Origin: Lepidodermella squamata
Taxonomy: Eukaryota > Animalia > Gastrotricha
Assembly (NCBI GenBank): GCA_047495785.1
Contig: JBLDXI010000020.1
Coordinates: 682,001 to 746,000, forward strand
Direction of reading: 5' to 3'
Length of the DNA stretch: 64,000 bases
This document shows, piece after piece, positions 32,312 through 45,403 of the stretch. The position numbers were made by a program, and so were the translations under genes. The notes below the pieces were generated by a model. That model was not told the origin of the DNA. It searched no databases and worked only from the letters and a program-made list of their open reading frames with translations. Position 1 is the stretch's first letter. Each line of letters begins with the position of its first letter.

Positions 32312-33996
32312 CCCGGATTCCTACAAAACGATTCCGGTGCGAAGCGCGAAGTCGCATCAAATTTGAATTTTGGCGCTAAATGACTAATTCAATTTTCTGT
32401 AAAAATAAATTTTAAATGTAAATTGACAGATTAAATGATTGAATGAATATTAAGTTCAAGACATTTGGGGTTTGGGCGCTAACGAAAGTTCCATTTTTCG
32501 GTGCATTTTGTGGTCAGCTGGGACGAGTCTCACCGTTGCTGTTCATCCAGATTGTCGGGGTTTGATCGAAAATAGAAAACTAACTGCAAATCAACTGCCA
32601 GTTAGCAGCTGTTCAAGCTATGTCTTCCTTGCCTTTCAGCCTTTCAAGGATGGTCCCGACGCACAAGCGAAAGCACTCGATAAGCGGCTTCAGTCGCCTA
32701 GGAGGCGAAAGATCAACTCGAACATTATTACTTATTGATACCAAAATAACAGCTTGCTAAGTTTTTAATAATATAATTTTGGGCATATATGGCTGCTGGG
32801 TGGCCATCAAATATAATTCTCCGCTTGTCTCGTTGAATGCAGCTATTAAACTAATCAGAGTGGATGACTTGAATACATGGCCCTTCAAAACATCGCTACC
32901 GCGCGACATGGGCTTTAAACTCTAACCTGACCATCATGCCGGATCGAGTTAGGTCGTAGCTTGCAGAAGATCGAGAGAAGATCCGTCTTAGATGAGCCCT
33001 ACATTTTAATATGAATCAATTTGGAAAATACACTTGACTACCTCTTTTTATGGTTTATGGGAATGAAGCAAGTAAATTTGCATGCGCTTTCAAAAATAGT
33101 AGATTAATTGCTGTCGACATTACATTTTACATTTTAATGACATCTTAGACACATCTTTCGTTCATGTAAGCCGCGTGTAAGTTAGAAGTGTTACGATGCA
33201 TTTACGTTGCATCCTGGTTATGTGTACTTGCAATCAAAGACACTTCTTTACATCATGCAAAATTCATCGTTAATGATTCTTACATAACGGAGTATTCATA
33301 TGAGATACATGTTTCATCGTAAATTATCGAAGACGAGACTTAAATGACCTCAGCTACATGACATCTACATTGTTATAAGTTGTGGACAGTTTTTTTCTTG
33401 GAACGGCTACCCGAAAATTTTCTTTAATGCTTTTTTATGCTGTTACTAAACCGGTATAAAAATTTGATTTAATTGTTGTGTCAGCGATAATTTTCGACAG
33501 TTATATTTAGTTAAGGACATACGTTTCTTACATTCAATACTGCTCTTCATTTTGAGAATAAGTTTTGGCTTGACGCACGCGTAGCTGAATTTTCGCTGTA
33601 CACTTTTTCTGCGCGGTCTCGGTCTATTTTCATTCTTTATCTAAATGTTATTGCTGCACTGCTGCAACAGGCTGCACTGTAAGAAGCGTAACGCGCTAGT
33701 AGAGCATTGTTTTTATCAAAGTAGTGTGTTAAAATATGAATTCGGTGAAATTTCAAAGTAGTAACCCGTTAAGAACTTATTTTCTTTCCGATTCGTCAAT
33801 TCAACGCGCTACTTTTGATTAATCGCGTAGCGCACTTCTACTTAATTAAATAACGCACTATACTTTTCACAATGTGGGAACATGTGCATTTTATATTTAG
33901 AAGTCTCGTAATTATTTTTATTTTTTATATTTCAAAAATTCGCCAATTCGATGGCAATATCATGCATGCAATATTTCAGGTGGCCTTTTTGATATA

Positions 33997-34417
33997 CTGT
34001 ATATCTACTAATTTTCGGTGGTCACTAATTTTCGGTTTTGGAGATTTCGGACCTGTACTTTTAATTTCGGTGGATTTGAATTCGGTTTGAGAGTTGATCC
34101 TGAGAAAAAATTCAAAATTAGTCACTTTAAAATTGATTTCAGTGCTTCGATTTCGTGTTTTTACACGCTATGAGGAGATCACTGCTTCAGCAGCGTCAAT
34201 GTCTGCTGCTTCCAATATCCTTACTACCTAAAATTGTAGGTAACACAAATTTGGCACATTTTACCCTACTTTACAATGATGAAGCTGAATTGTAGAAAAG
34301 AACAATAAATTGGCCGAATTTATTTTCGGTGATTTTGAATTCGGTGTTTCCTCAAAAACACCGAATTCAAAGATCAAACCGAAAATTAGTGACCACCGAA
34401 AAATAGTAGATATACAG
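33997..34417. mobile_element. Tc1/mariner-superfamily (Tc2/pogo-like termini) MITE (421 bp)
   Basis: 42-bp TIRs CTGTATATCTACTAATTTTCGGTGGTCACTAATTTTCGGTTT with one mismatch (33997-34038 / 34376-34417). TA flanks both ends. Internal TTCGGT subrepeats. Confidence 0.88.
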
Positions 34418-37400
34418 TAATGTGTAATTGCTAAGCTATTCAAGTGGAAAATGCTAGACACAATATATTATGCATTATTGATTATCAAATCTTCCTTCAC
34501 TTGACATCAATTTTTGTATACCCATTGGTAACATGATCTGTTTTCTTTTAAAATGGACGCTTAACACAAACAACCGAAAAAGAACTCGGTCATTCTTTCA
34601 TAAAGCTGAAGCGAAGCATGAAACCTGGTTCATTTTTCAATGAAAAGACATTTTTCTATTAATGTGGCTGTCTATTAATTTTTGTTGAATAGAATTCTAG
34701 TCGTCTCTTTATTTGATACGCTATATGTTGAAAATGCCTAAGATATCTAGTTCCCACCGACATCTTGCACCCATGTTCTTAACTTTTCCGTTTTTAACAT
34801 GCTGTCAAAAAATCTAAATTGCGAAATAACCGCAATTTTAATATCGCATATTTAATAGCATTTTGGGGAGGGTTTTTCGCTGTTTAGTCGCTTTCGCCGT
34901 TATGTCGGTTTCGGTGTTCTGCGCACTCGCTGTTTTGACGTCCTACCGTCATTCATATTTATTTTGTATTCATTTTTATTGGAACTAATCTGTGTGAATT
35001 GTGACATGATATTTATCATCAATTATTGTTTTACAGTGCGCTGCAATTTGTGGAAGGCTAGGCATGCAAATAATTTAGAACCTCACGCCATTTCGTCGAG
35101 ATAATATTTAACCATCCAATTCGTGAGATCTAATGAGAATAATTGTGTCCTGATGATCGCGTGTAAGTCTGCGTTTTTGTTGGTAAAAATTTCTTCTTGA
35201 GCCATAAATTTCACAATCATATCTTAGTTTTCTAATTTTTAAAATTGGAGAAGATAACGGTTAATATAGCTTTCTGTTCTGATTAACAGCTGCTCAATTT
35301 CTCGCGGAACACATTCCATGTCTCGGCGCCGATTGCTGATAGTTGTGATATTAATTCTATATATCGTTGCATCGCTTTTAAACTTTAAAATTCATTGATT
35401 TCTTGACGAACTGCGCATTTGAAGCTAAGCTTTTCAGATTAATGCAGATATCAACAACTTTTCGTCTTTTGATAATTTCCGGATGCAGTTTGAGTTTTTG
35501 AAATGACTAGAAGTATTTTTGTCTAGAAGTAATCACTGTAAAACTACTTGAGCGGAAAGCATGGGTCGTTAGATACGTCGTCGGATCGAGATAAAATTCC
35601 GGTATTATCTGATGGAATATCAATCGCCACTTCAATCGGCGCTTCGACGGACACGCTTATAATTTTTTAAATTCTTGTTTGTTTTGGGAAAAAGAACTGG
35701 TAAAATAACAGCCTATAATCAGTAACCAGCCCTTATTGAAATAACCGCATGTAATGAAGAATTTGCTTTACGGTCGGCTGTCATTCTGGCGAGATTTTAA
35801 TTTTTCTACCTGCTTTGTTTAAATCGCGGCGTAGCGTAATATTTACCATGGTTGTTGCGATTTTCTATTTGCTAGAAAATGCACCAAACTGCTACCCCGT
35901 ATTTATACGCGGCTCGCATTTCACGCAAGCGATGGACGAATTTAGAATATAAATTGAGCGACGGCTTCGTTCATTTTATCCGTCCATCTATCTGTCTACG
36001 CGCTGCGTCAGATCACAGGCTCCGCAGAAGCGTGCTGCCGCTGCAGTCTTGAGCGTTAGCGCCGAACCTCATGTATAGGCATACGTATATACGTTTACAT
36101 GGCGCGTGTCGCCTGCTAGTCAATAATTTCATGTGCCTTGCTTATCACACCTCTCGTTTGCTCGTTCTTTGCTCGCGCGTGTTTTTTTCATAGCTAACCG
36201 TTGATTTTTCTATATTGCGCATCGCAATCAGAATTTTAATATATAAACCAATACAATATGAAACTGTCTAAGCAACTGACTAGTGATTGCTCCTTTTTTG
36301 CTTTATTAATATCGATTGACACTGTAAGCCTTGTATTTTGTATCGCACAGGGTGTAAGGCTGAAATGAGATTTATAAATTTTACTTCTGCCGTACTTTTT
36401 ATGATCTTCAAACGGCAAAGCTCATCGATCGATTTTTTGTGTATATTTCATAATCTTTGACAAGCTGCTTATTGCTAGTAAAACGATGCCATATATATAC
36501 AATGGTACGTGAAGCTTTACGCCACCAAAGAGACGGGTGCCTAGGGTACCTGTATGCTTCATCCGACCTCGTGCTCACGTGTCCGATTCATGAATTCTTT
36601 ATTATTGAATTAGGATGCCATGCGGTGATGCCTCAGACGAAATAGTGTCGCCTTTGTTGTAGCAGGGCACTACTAAATGCTCCGGCTCGCGCGGCTTTGC
36701 CTGTCGCCCATTCGTTTTTTGCGGCTTATTATTAGGTGCATTCTTGCCGTCATTTCCATTTTTTATCGTTAACTAGTGATGATACGATGTTTCATTTTAT
36801 GCGCCGCTACTATTGCGCCGGCGACGGCGACCACTACTATTATTATGCTCGTTCGTTCATTCTTTTTTCTGCTTTGGCCCGGATCCCGGATCTCCCACCG
36901 CCCATTTTCGAATAAAGATGTATGGAAAATATTGATCCATTAATATTTGGGGTACTCTTCTCCCTCGATTTTTTTGCGTTGATAAGCGGTATATATATAT
37001 GTGTGTGTACATTTATACATTGTTCATGTGTGTATGTATACAAAAAAGTTCAAACACATTTTTTATAGCGCACTTGGTTTTATTCTTTATTTCCAATATA
37101 TTTACTACTATTCTAACGGCAGTTCGAATTCCATTATTACTTCGTTTGCACTTACTTATGTCTCGTATCGTCAATATTGTACGATATTTTTTTACGAGAT
37201 TCTAATTTCTAACTATGGCGTAATACTAACATAATTTTGGTTTTGTCTCAAGTCCTATATTGATATGTATGCGGGCACGGAGGAACGGAAAATGTTCAAA
37301 AATAAGTCTATCATAATCTTGAATAAAAATTTGCCGTTCGGTGCGCGTATCGGCTGAGGAACTCAAGACTAGCATCGGCTATGTAATGACAAAGCCCGTA

Positions 37401-37719
37401 CTCCGGAACCTCTTCACGACTAACTAAATTTCAGAGCCATTTTCATTGAAAAATATATACATCGATTTCTTCTTTTTATAGTTTATTTTTTATTTAGTTT
37501 GTAATCCATAAAACTCAACGAAACCAATTTATGAGACACGCCTGGGGCGGTGTCTAGTTGATGTTAGCGAGAAACGTTGCCACCGGCCCTCCCAAAACAA
37601 GGCATCAGAGATAATGTATACTGTTTCAAAGAGCAGCTAGCCTGCGACAAAATTCCAACACCACCGCAGACCTTATTTTTGCTTCGACTTCGAGCGGCAA
37701 ATTCAATAATCAAAACGAG

Positions 37720-40700
37720 ATGGATCCGTCAACTTTGTCCGGCTCTGGTTCTGGTGCTTCGGGCGGCGCGGCGTCTAACAGCGGATCGATCACCGGCTCG
37801 GGCTCCTCGAGCAACGAGCCCGAACTGTTTCGCTTTAAAGGGCATGTGTTTTTGCGGCGAACCTATCACAAGCCAACGTATTGCCACTACTGCGGTGATC
37901 TTTTGTGGGGCCTCATGAACCAAGGATTTTCTTGTATCATTTGCAATATGGTATCGCACGAACGATGTATGCGAGGCCACTGTCTATCGCCGTGTGCAAC
38001 ATTGCTTCAAACTACAATAAAAGTAAGATTTTCGCTCAACTTGGCAGCTGTATTAGTTAGCGCTACTTATTGATTTAATGACTAGACGGATTATTTTTAA
38101 TCTAATTATTAGTATTCTTACAAGCCTTGTACTTATTGGAACAAAGAAGTCATTTCATTAATTAATCGTTAGAGATGGGCATATTTTATGACAAGTAATT
38201 AGGTAATAAAGGGCATTTTTATTACGTGGGCAGACTGAAAAATTGCCCGACAAATGAAGATGAATTGCTTCAACACCCAACTTAAATATTACCTTTATTT
38301 TCAGATGCCAGCTCCTCATGCTTTCCTGGAAACAAAAACCGGTAAAAGAAAATTGTTCTGCTCGGTGTGCCGCCGTAGGATCGTCGATCGAATGCTACTT
38401 CAATGTGAACGTGGGTTTTTTACTCGAATCTTGTCGCTGATTATTCACTTTGCAATATTCACAGTGTGTGAGACTTATGTTCATTGCGATTGCCACAGAT
38501 CTGCTTTGAACAACTGCCGTTTGTTTTATTCGGCAGCTCCTGCTGATCGTGGAACTTCGGTGAGAGAAGGTCTATTTATAGAATATTGATCTTGACCAAT
38601 TATTTTTTCATAGGAGCAAGTTTTACCCGCGTCTGCTACTCATGTTTGGCGTGAGGGAAATTTGCCGACCTCGTCCAAATGTGCCGCATGCAACAAAACC
38701 TGTGCTTCGACTGACTGTTTTTCCGGACTTCGCTGTGAATCGTGCCAATTAACTGTAGGTTGACCAAATTCTCGAGAGTCCAATACTGACTGTTTCCTTG
38801 AAGGTTCATTCTTACTGCAAATCTCTTGTTGTGCAAGACTGTGACTACGGTCCCCTATCTGCGAGTATATTGAACCCAGCCGCTGTTTTTATCCCACCCG
38901 CCGTAATTAACGATTTCAAGTCTCAAATTGCTCCACGAAAGGGCTCTGTCTGTAAGTACCATCTACCATCTCATATCACCACCGAATTTTTTCTATCAAA
39001 TTATTTCCAGCTTTCATCGTCGCTCCTGAAGAAGATTCGGGTCCTAGCAGTGAGCCGCCATCTCGCCTGGACGAAGACTCACCCCTATCGTCTCCAACTA
39101 GGGCCGATTTTAAGCATCGGTTCACTGAAGAGCAAGAAGTTTTCATATATGATGGGCGAGAAGCGTTGCGTCGTGGAAATCGGAAACAGCTCTTCATTAC
39201 ACAAACAACAACCGTTCTTTCGGCTCTAGTAAGACCTTACTGAATAGCCTGTTCAATAATTGAAATAATATCCATAATTAAGGATGGCGCCCTTCGTGCA
39301 TTCACAATATCAGATGATCCTTCCAAGTATGAATTTCTGATTGTGAACGGTATGGGTATTCGTTTTTTTTAAGTTGGATTCTTGCAATTGATGTATTTTT
39401 GTTAGCTGACATGGTGCCTGGACGCGTCGTCGATCCGACCAGCCCGCTGTTTTGCCAGCTACCGTTCTTCACGCGGGCCAATTCACAGGGCTCATCAGGC
39501 CACGCAGCATCATCGCTGCCTGCTCAGCCGGGCAGTCTCGAATCCAGCGGCGGACTTTCTAGCTCTTTGGCTACTGGCGCGGCAGCGAGCAGTAGCGCAG
39601 GGCTCGCATTTCCTGAGGCTGTTCATTTGCTCCTGAAACGTCGCTCATCCGAAGCTGGTTTTGTCACTTTTTACGCAGATTGGATCAAGTACATATTGAT
39701 ACAGCCCTTGAAAACTGATTATATAGTTTTTGCTTTACAGAAGCGATGCAGGTACCCGCTCAGTGTTTTGCACGTCTAAAATGACAGTGGCAGATGCAAT
39801 TCAAGTCGTACTGAGGAAATTTGATCTTCCCGTAAGTTTTTTCTAAACTCACGTATGCCATTTCACCAGTTGTATTACTCATTGAATTAAAGATTCATAG
39901 TGTTAACATTCAACTTAATTTAATGCGATTAACTTCAACAATATATAGGTATATAGAGCAAAATAACGAATGCACTAAAAATTCGAAAACGATTTACAAT
40001 GTCTGCCGGAGTTGAATTTCGCTAGATGAACTATAAGGATATTTTAGAAAGTTTTGTACTGTAACATCTCCTAGCCAAGGGTGCAGCACATTTTGTCGAG
40101 AGATAGGCGTGGGTTCTTTTTGCGCCCGAGTAGTGCCGCCAGTTGTGACGGCTGCTGTAGATCGACTTCCTGAGCTGCGTCTTTCGGGGCGCGTTGGCGA
40201 ATGATTTTGCCGCTTGAACCACCAGCTGAGCTATCTAGAGATGCAATAAAGTCATTTTCTGCCGATTGAAATTTGCGGCGGCCTTTTAAAACAAATCCAA
40301 ATTATTTAGGAGGCATAATTTCAATATTATTACCTTTCCCTGTTCGTGTCTCCTTTGCGCCAAAGGCAGAGTCAATCGCCATGGCGGCAACGATGAAGGC
40401 TAGAAGCAAAGTCGCTCGGACCATTTTTTAATAAAAAATTAATACTAAGATAAAACACAAAGCTGATAAGAACAGCAAGTGCGCAATTTGGAATTCAGTG
40501 TTAAATGATGTTTTCTCATTCCAGAATGTTTCGCCCTCGGACTATGTACTCCGGCTGGTATCACTTGAAGCCACTAAGGACCGCGAGGAAATACTTATTC
40601 CACAGAAGGAAATACTATGGGGTTATTTGGAAAATCTACATAACGTAAGATTTTTGGCAAGATAATTTGAGTAGAATTAATTGTAAATTTCCATTGCAGG

Positions 40701-43099
40701 CATCTTTGAGTAGTGCGTTTTTGAGCCGAGTCTACGTGGGCCCTGTGTCGGACTTGATAGGTGACTACCCTGTATCGGTTTTCGTGGGCAATCTACCGTC
40801 TGGGCGATCGCAGCGTGAGTACGAGTCGGCAATTGGACGGAAGCTAGGAGCAGGTAAGAAAACATCAGAAATGATAACTAAGATGAACTGAAACGTATGA
40901 CTAAATTGACCACGAATTGCCGTAATGAGAAATTCGTTCAAAGTGTTTGCGGGGTGTGCGCAGCTATTTCCCTAGAGGCATTAATTTTATCAGCCGCGCT
41001 GATGTATCATCGCTCCCCGCAAGGATTTGCCAAATCGGCCGTGCCAGTAAAGGGTGTGACTAATTGTGCCCTGAAACGATGAAAAATTCCGCTGAACATC
41101 AGTGTAGTGGGGTGTAAAAATGAACTGCTAATTTTAATCAAATATTGCGGGGAGGCGTGGTTCCTTGTTGACTTACTTCTTAGTATACTGAGATATTTGT
41201 TTTTCGTTATCGAGCAGCTAATCGCTGGTTGTCGATCGAAACCATCTACTACGAGCATGGAGCAATCGTGTTAACGTTTCCGAACGCTACCTCTGCCATC
41301 AACGCGGTTAAGCTGTTGCGCGATGCCCCCGTGCCGTCGAACTTCAGCGCGACATCCGGCGCTGCGGGCGTCGTGACACAGAACGTCGGCGGTGGATTAT
41401 TGACGCAAACTAACAGCAATAGTACGGCTAATATCAGCGGCAGTGCGGCGGCAAGCGGTACAGGCTCGACGAGTGGCGATGCGCCGCCGGCACCGCAGCA
41501 GCAGCAACAACTCATGTCCCATGCCAGTTCAACCGGCAATACTGCAATAGATCCGGCTGCGGTCGAAAAATCGGATAAGCGACTCATATGCATGTGTCTA
41601 CCACGAATTAAGGTTAGCGTAATATACACGATCATTCATAAAATGAATTGTCTAGACTCTAATTAATCGATTTCGCTATCAGTATCCGGAGTAAATTATT
41701 CAAAATCCTCATGGGATTATTTTTCAAAATTGATCAAAACAATCTGTGAAGAAATTGATTAAAAATGACCATTTCTCATATTTTTTATTGTTTTTTTGCC
41801 AGCCTTCGTCGGCTTTCAGCGAAAACGTCCCGGTTTTAGTTCTTGTTAACACGCGATCAGGAGGCTGCCAGGGCGTAGAACTCGTCCGCAACTTCCGGCT
41901 CCTTCTCAACCCGTGCCAGGTGTTTTCGATCGAACAGGGCGGGCCGTTGCCAGCGCTTCACGCGTTTCGCGAGCTGCCCAGCTATCGAATCTTGTGCTGC
42001 GGAGGCGATGGCACCGTCGGCTGGGTGCTATCGTGCCTCGACAACGTCTCACAGGAATCGGCGTGCCAGTCACCGCCAGTCGCCGTCATGCCGCTCGGCA
42101 CCGGCAACGACCTGGCGCGTGTGCTGAACTGGGGCGCCGGCTTCACGGTGGGCGAACCGCTCGTCGACCTCCTAGCCGATGTGATGTGCGCGGATGCAGT
42201 TAATTTCGACCGGTGGACGATTTCTATTGCGCCCTCGGAGTCGACCGTCGCCCCGGCGTCGTCACGCATGCCTGCTAACGTCATTTCGATGACAAAACAG
42301 AGCGCCGAGGACAGTTCAAGCGTGCTGCTCATGAACAACTACTTCGGCATCGGCATCGACGCTGAAGTTGCTCTTGGTTTTCACAAGCTGCGCGAGGAAC
42401 AACCCGACAAGTTCAAGACCCGCTTCCACAACAAGGGCGTGTACTTGAAAATGGGCCTCCTTAAAATAATAGGCCGCAACGACAGCACTGATTTGCATAA
42501 ACTGATTCGCGTTGACGTCGACGGGCGAACGATTGAACTGCCGCCGCTTGAAGGCGTCGTCATTCTCAACATCAATTGCTGGGGCTCTGGCTGTGATATG
42601 TGGGGTGGCGAGCGGTCGTCGACCTTCAGTAAGCCTAGCTATGACGACGGCCTGCTCGAGGTTGTCGGCGTCAGCGGGGTCGTGCATCTCGGCCAAATTC
42701 AATCTGGCATCCGGTCGGCGATTCGCCTGGCCCAGGGTGAGCACATTCACATTACTCTGCTTCAAGATCTTCCCGTGCAAGTCGACGGCGAGCCGTGGCT
42801 GCAACCAGCTGGCCACATCAACGTCAGGCGATCGGCCCTACGCGTTAGTTTTATGCCAGTTTCCAGTTCCCTATAAAATAGCCATTTTTGTTTTTCAGGC
42901 TGTTATGCTGAAACGTGTAAAGCGTAAAATGCTGCGTCGTAACACCGAGCCGCCAAGTCAACCCGGTTCAGCTGCCCAAGGCGGTCGCGGAGGTAGTGCA
43001 GCAGGAGGAGGAGGAGCATCAAGTTCCGCCAACCCCTCGCTGCCGGTTGTTGCCGCTCTAACCTCGTCTGCGGAAGAATCATCGGGAGAAACAAAATAA
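37720..43099 (+). CDS. DGKQ: Diacylglycerol kinase theta (three C1 domains, RA/RRM-like region, DAGK catalytic and accessory domains)
   Basis: C1 domain HVFLRRTYHKPTYCHYCGDLLWGL..QG..C..C...HERC, two more C1 domains (HAF..CSVC; HVWREGNLP..SKC..C), SVFVGNLP, PVLVLVNTRSGGCQG, CCGGDGTVGWVL, PLGTGNDLARVL, MNNYFGIGIDA and PVQVDGEPW. Confidence 0.92.
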
Positions 43100-44476
43100 C
43101 GAATGCATCGAAAGTTTATTTTTAATTGCGCTAGCTTTACAATTTATTATTTACACAATTATTATATAACTGAATCATATTTTAACAAATTTTCCCAACT
43201 TCGCGTCATTGCTGTTAATATGCCATTCTTTGTTATGTTCAATATTCGGTTGATAAAAATTGGCAAGAATCTTGACATGCGGGTGTTGGCCTTGTTCTGC
43301 TGGCGGAACTTGGCTCGTGCCTGCCTGCAAGATTTGGCTCAATTTTTTAACTCGGCGTTTGCTCGAATGATAACTACTTTACTGAGTGCTTTTCTGACCT
43401 ATCATCCAGTTGATGGAGTCGATTTTATTTTCTAAAATCGAGTGAAATTTCCAACTTCAAGTGAAATGAGCAGGCAACTAGTAACGCGCGATTTTCCTGT
43501 CATCTTCAAGGCTGTTGTTTTTAAACTTTCGAATTTTTAATTGATGAGCTGTTCTGAGAACGTACCTATTTCTACCGTTTCAATATCCAGTTATACATTT
43601 ATTAATAGTATATGCTATACTAAAAATTACAACTGATGTCCAATTTCGAAATGATACGTTTCATCTTTGTTATGTGTTTGCAAATTTCGGCGATATCTAT
43701 GTTTTTGATATTTTATTTGTTCTCTGTGTCATCATTTAATCTCAATTTCAAGCTTTAGACTGAGCCAAAAACTTCAATTTTCAGCCACGGATACCTAGTT
43801 GCAATCTTGCCCGGGTTACCTGATCACAAATTAAAGAATCTTATAGCCAATATGAATGAAAAATGATGCGAATTTTCGAAGCCAAGAATCTGTTAAATAT
43901 GACTGCCAACGAATTCTAACATATCGGTTGTGTTCCGATTGATGAGATGAGATCTAATTAGGCCAACGAGTTCAAGTTTAGTGAACACAACGGTTACTAT
44001 TATGAGAATTATGACGGTGATTTAACAAGCCACTGAATCCATAAGGTTAATATATTTACATCGAAATATCTCTATTCCATTTTCACTCCGTTGTTTCTGA
44101 TTTCCCTGTTATAGCTGAATGTTTTCCATGTTAACAAATCTGCATTCTTGTGAAATCTGATAATTTCTTGTTTCCTTGTGCCACATACCTGTTATAAATG
44201 TCTATTTTTTGTCTATTTTTTATGCGATATATGTTAATTGTTGATCTGTTGAAACGTTGCATTTTATCTGATATGTTTAGTGACGAGAGATATACAAATT
44301 GAATAAATTTGAATTTCGGAAGTGACACTTTTTTTAATTATCAGGAACCCACTCATAAATGACGATAGGTCTTCAGTCTACGCCGGTTTCGAATACAATG
44401 TATTCAAAGCAGTCATTCTTTATTCGGAATAAATTACTTCTCTATTTACTAGAGCGGCTAACAAAGCTGAGAATTC

Positions 44477-45013
44477 TCAGCCGATTACACAACAAACCAT
44501 ATTTAGGGATATCTTTTCCAAAGCCGGTTCAGTTGTGGACGTTTCCAGAAGCAATGGGACTGTCGGTTCCGTTTTTCCAACCGTTTTGGATTTTGCAGGT
44601 TTTGTCGATTTCTGCTTCGATTCAGATTCTGCTGGCTTTTTTCCGGCAACGTTGGAAGCGAGATTCGTGCGTATTGTGCTGATTACTAGAGAGTTGTTGA
44701 CTTTGCGCCTATCGTTATAGGCCAACAAAGTCAGGTTCTGTCGCCTCACTTTTCTAATTGGCGCTGAACTACGTCTCGCCGAGCTCATCGGTTTCGACGA
44801 GTTGGTTGTAGCAGGTGGAATTTCAGGGGATACCTCGCTCAGCTTTCGAAATTCACTCTGTGGAAATCGATCCGGGAAGTCGAATAGCTCGTAATATTGA
44901 ATCGCAAATTTCGAATGATGGCCTGGCGAAGGGAGCCAATATGCTGATGTCGGCTTGGTAGTGCATAATAACTCGCAATAAGAAACAAGAAATAATGTTA
45001 AAATGATCAACAT
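44477..45013 (-). CDS. Hypothetical secreted S/T/K-rich protein (orphan; exon structure uncertain)
   Basis: ATG at 45013 starts a signal-peptide-like MLIILTLFLVSYC in a ~178-codon open frame. No recognisable domain. Confidence 0.35.
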   Translation of the reverse strand: MLIILTLFLVSYCELLCTTKPTSAYWLPSPGHHSKFAIQYYELFDFPDRFPQSEFRKLSEVSPEIPPATTNSSKPMSSARRSSAPIRKVRRQNLTLLAYNDRRKVNNSLVISTIRTNLASNVAGKKPAESESKQKSTKPAKSKTVGKTEPTVPLLLETSTTEPALEKISLNMVCCVIG

Positions 45014-45052
45014 TTTATGCGTAAAATCTACGCGGAAATTTAGCAAAGCATT

Positions 45053-45403
45053 TCATATAATCTGAAATTCATATAATCTGGTGTTCATTGCGAGAAGCGA
45101 GAGGAACACCGAATTAACGTAGGAGGAATGTGAAGCAACGGATGCGGATGACGGAAGCTGACACCGATTATATAAGGTATAAGTGAATTTCGCTTTTACA
45201 ACACCATCAACTTGCAAGAAATGCGAAGCGCAGTTTGCAGTTTCATTCCTTCGAGATAAAAAATCGAAAATAGAACCTTGGAAGTAGATAGCAATAAAAA
45301 AGTATTGAACTTGGAGACTTGTAACAGAAAGCATCAATTTTTCAATTAAAGGTGCGATTTTTCGCCCACAAGTAGCCGTGCAGTTATAGAAATACCTTGT
45401 CAT
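45053..45403 (-). CDS. Possible hypothetical Cys-containing protein or exon(s)
   Basis: 116-aa ORF with several Cys, a possible short in-frame intron and a hydrophobic end. No recognisable family. Confidence 0.2.
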   Translation of the reverse strand: MTRYFYNCTATCGRKIAPLIEKLMLSVTSLQVQYFFIAIYFQGSIFDFLSRRNETANCASHFLQVDGVVKAKFTYTLYNRCQLPSSASVASHSSYVNSVFLSLLAMNTRLYEFQII

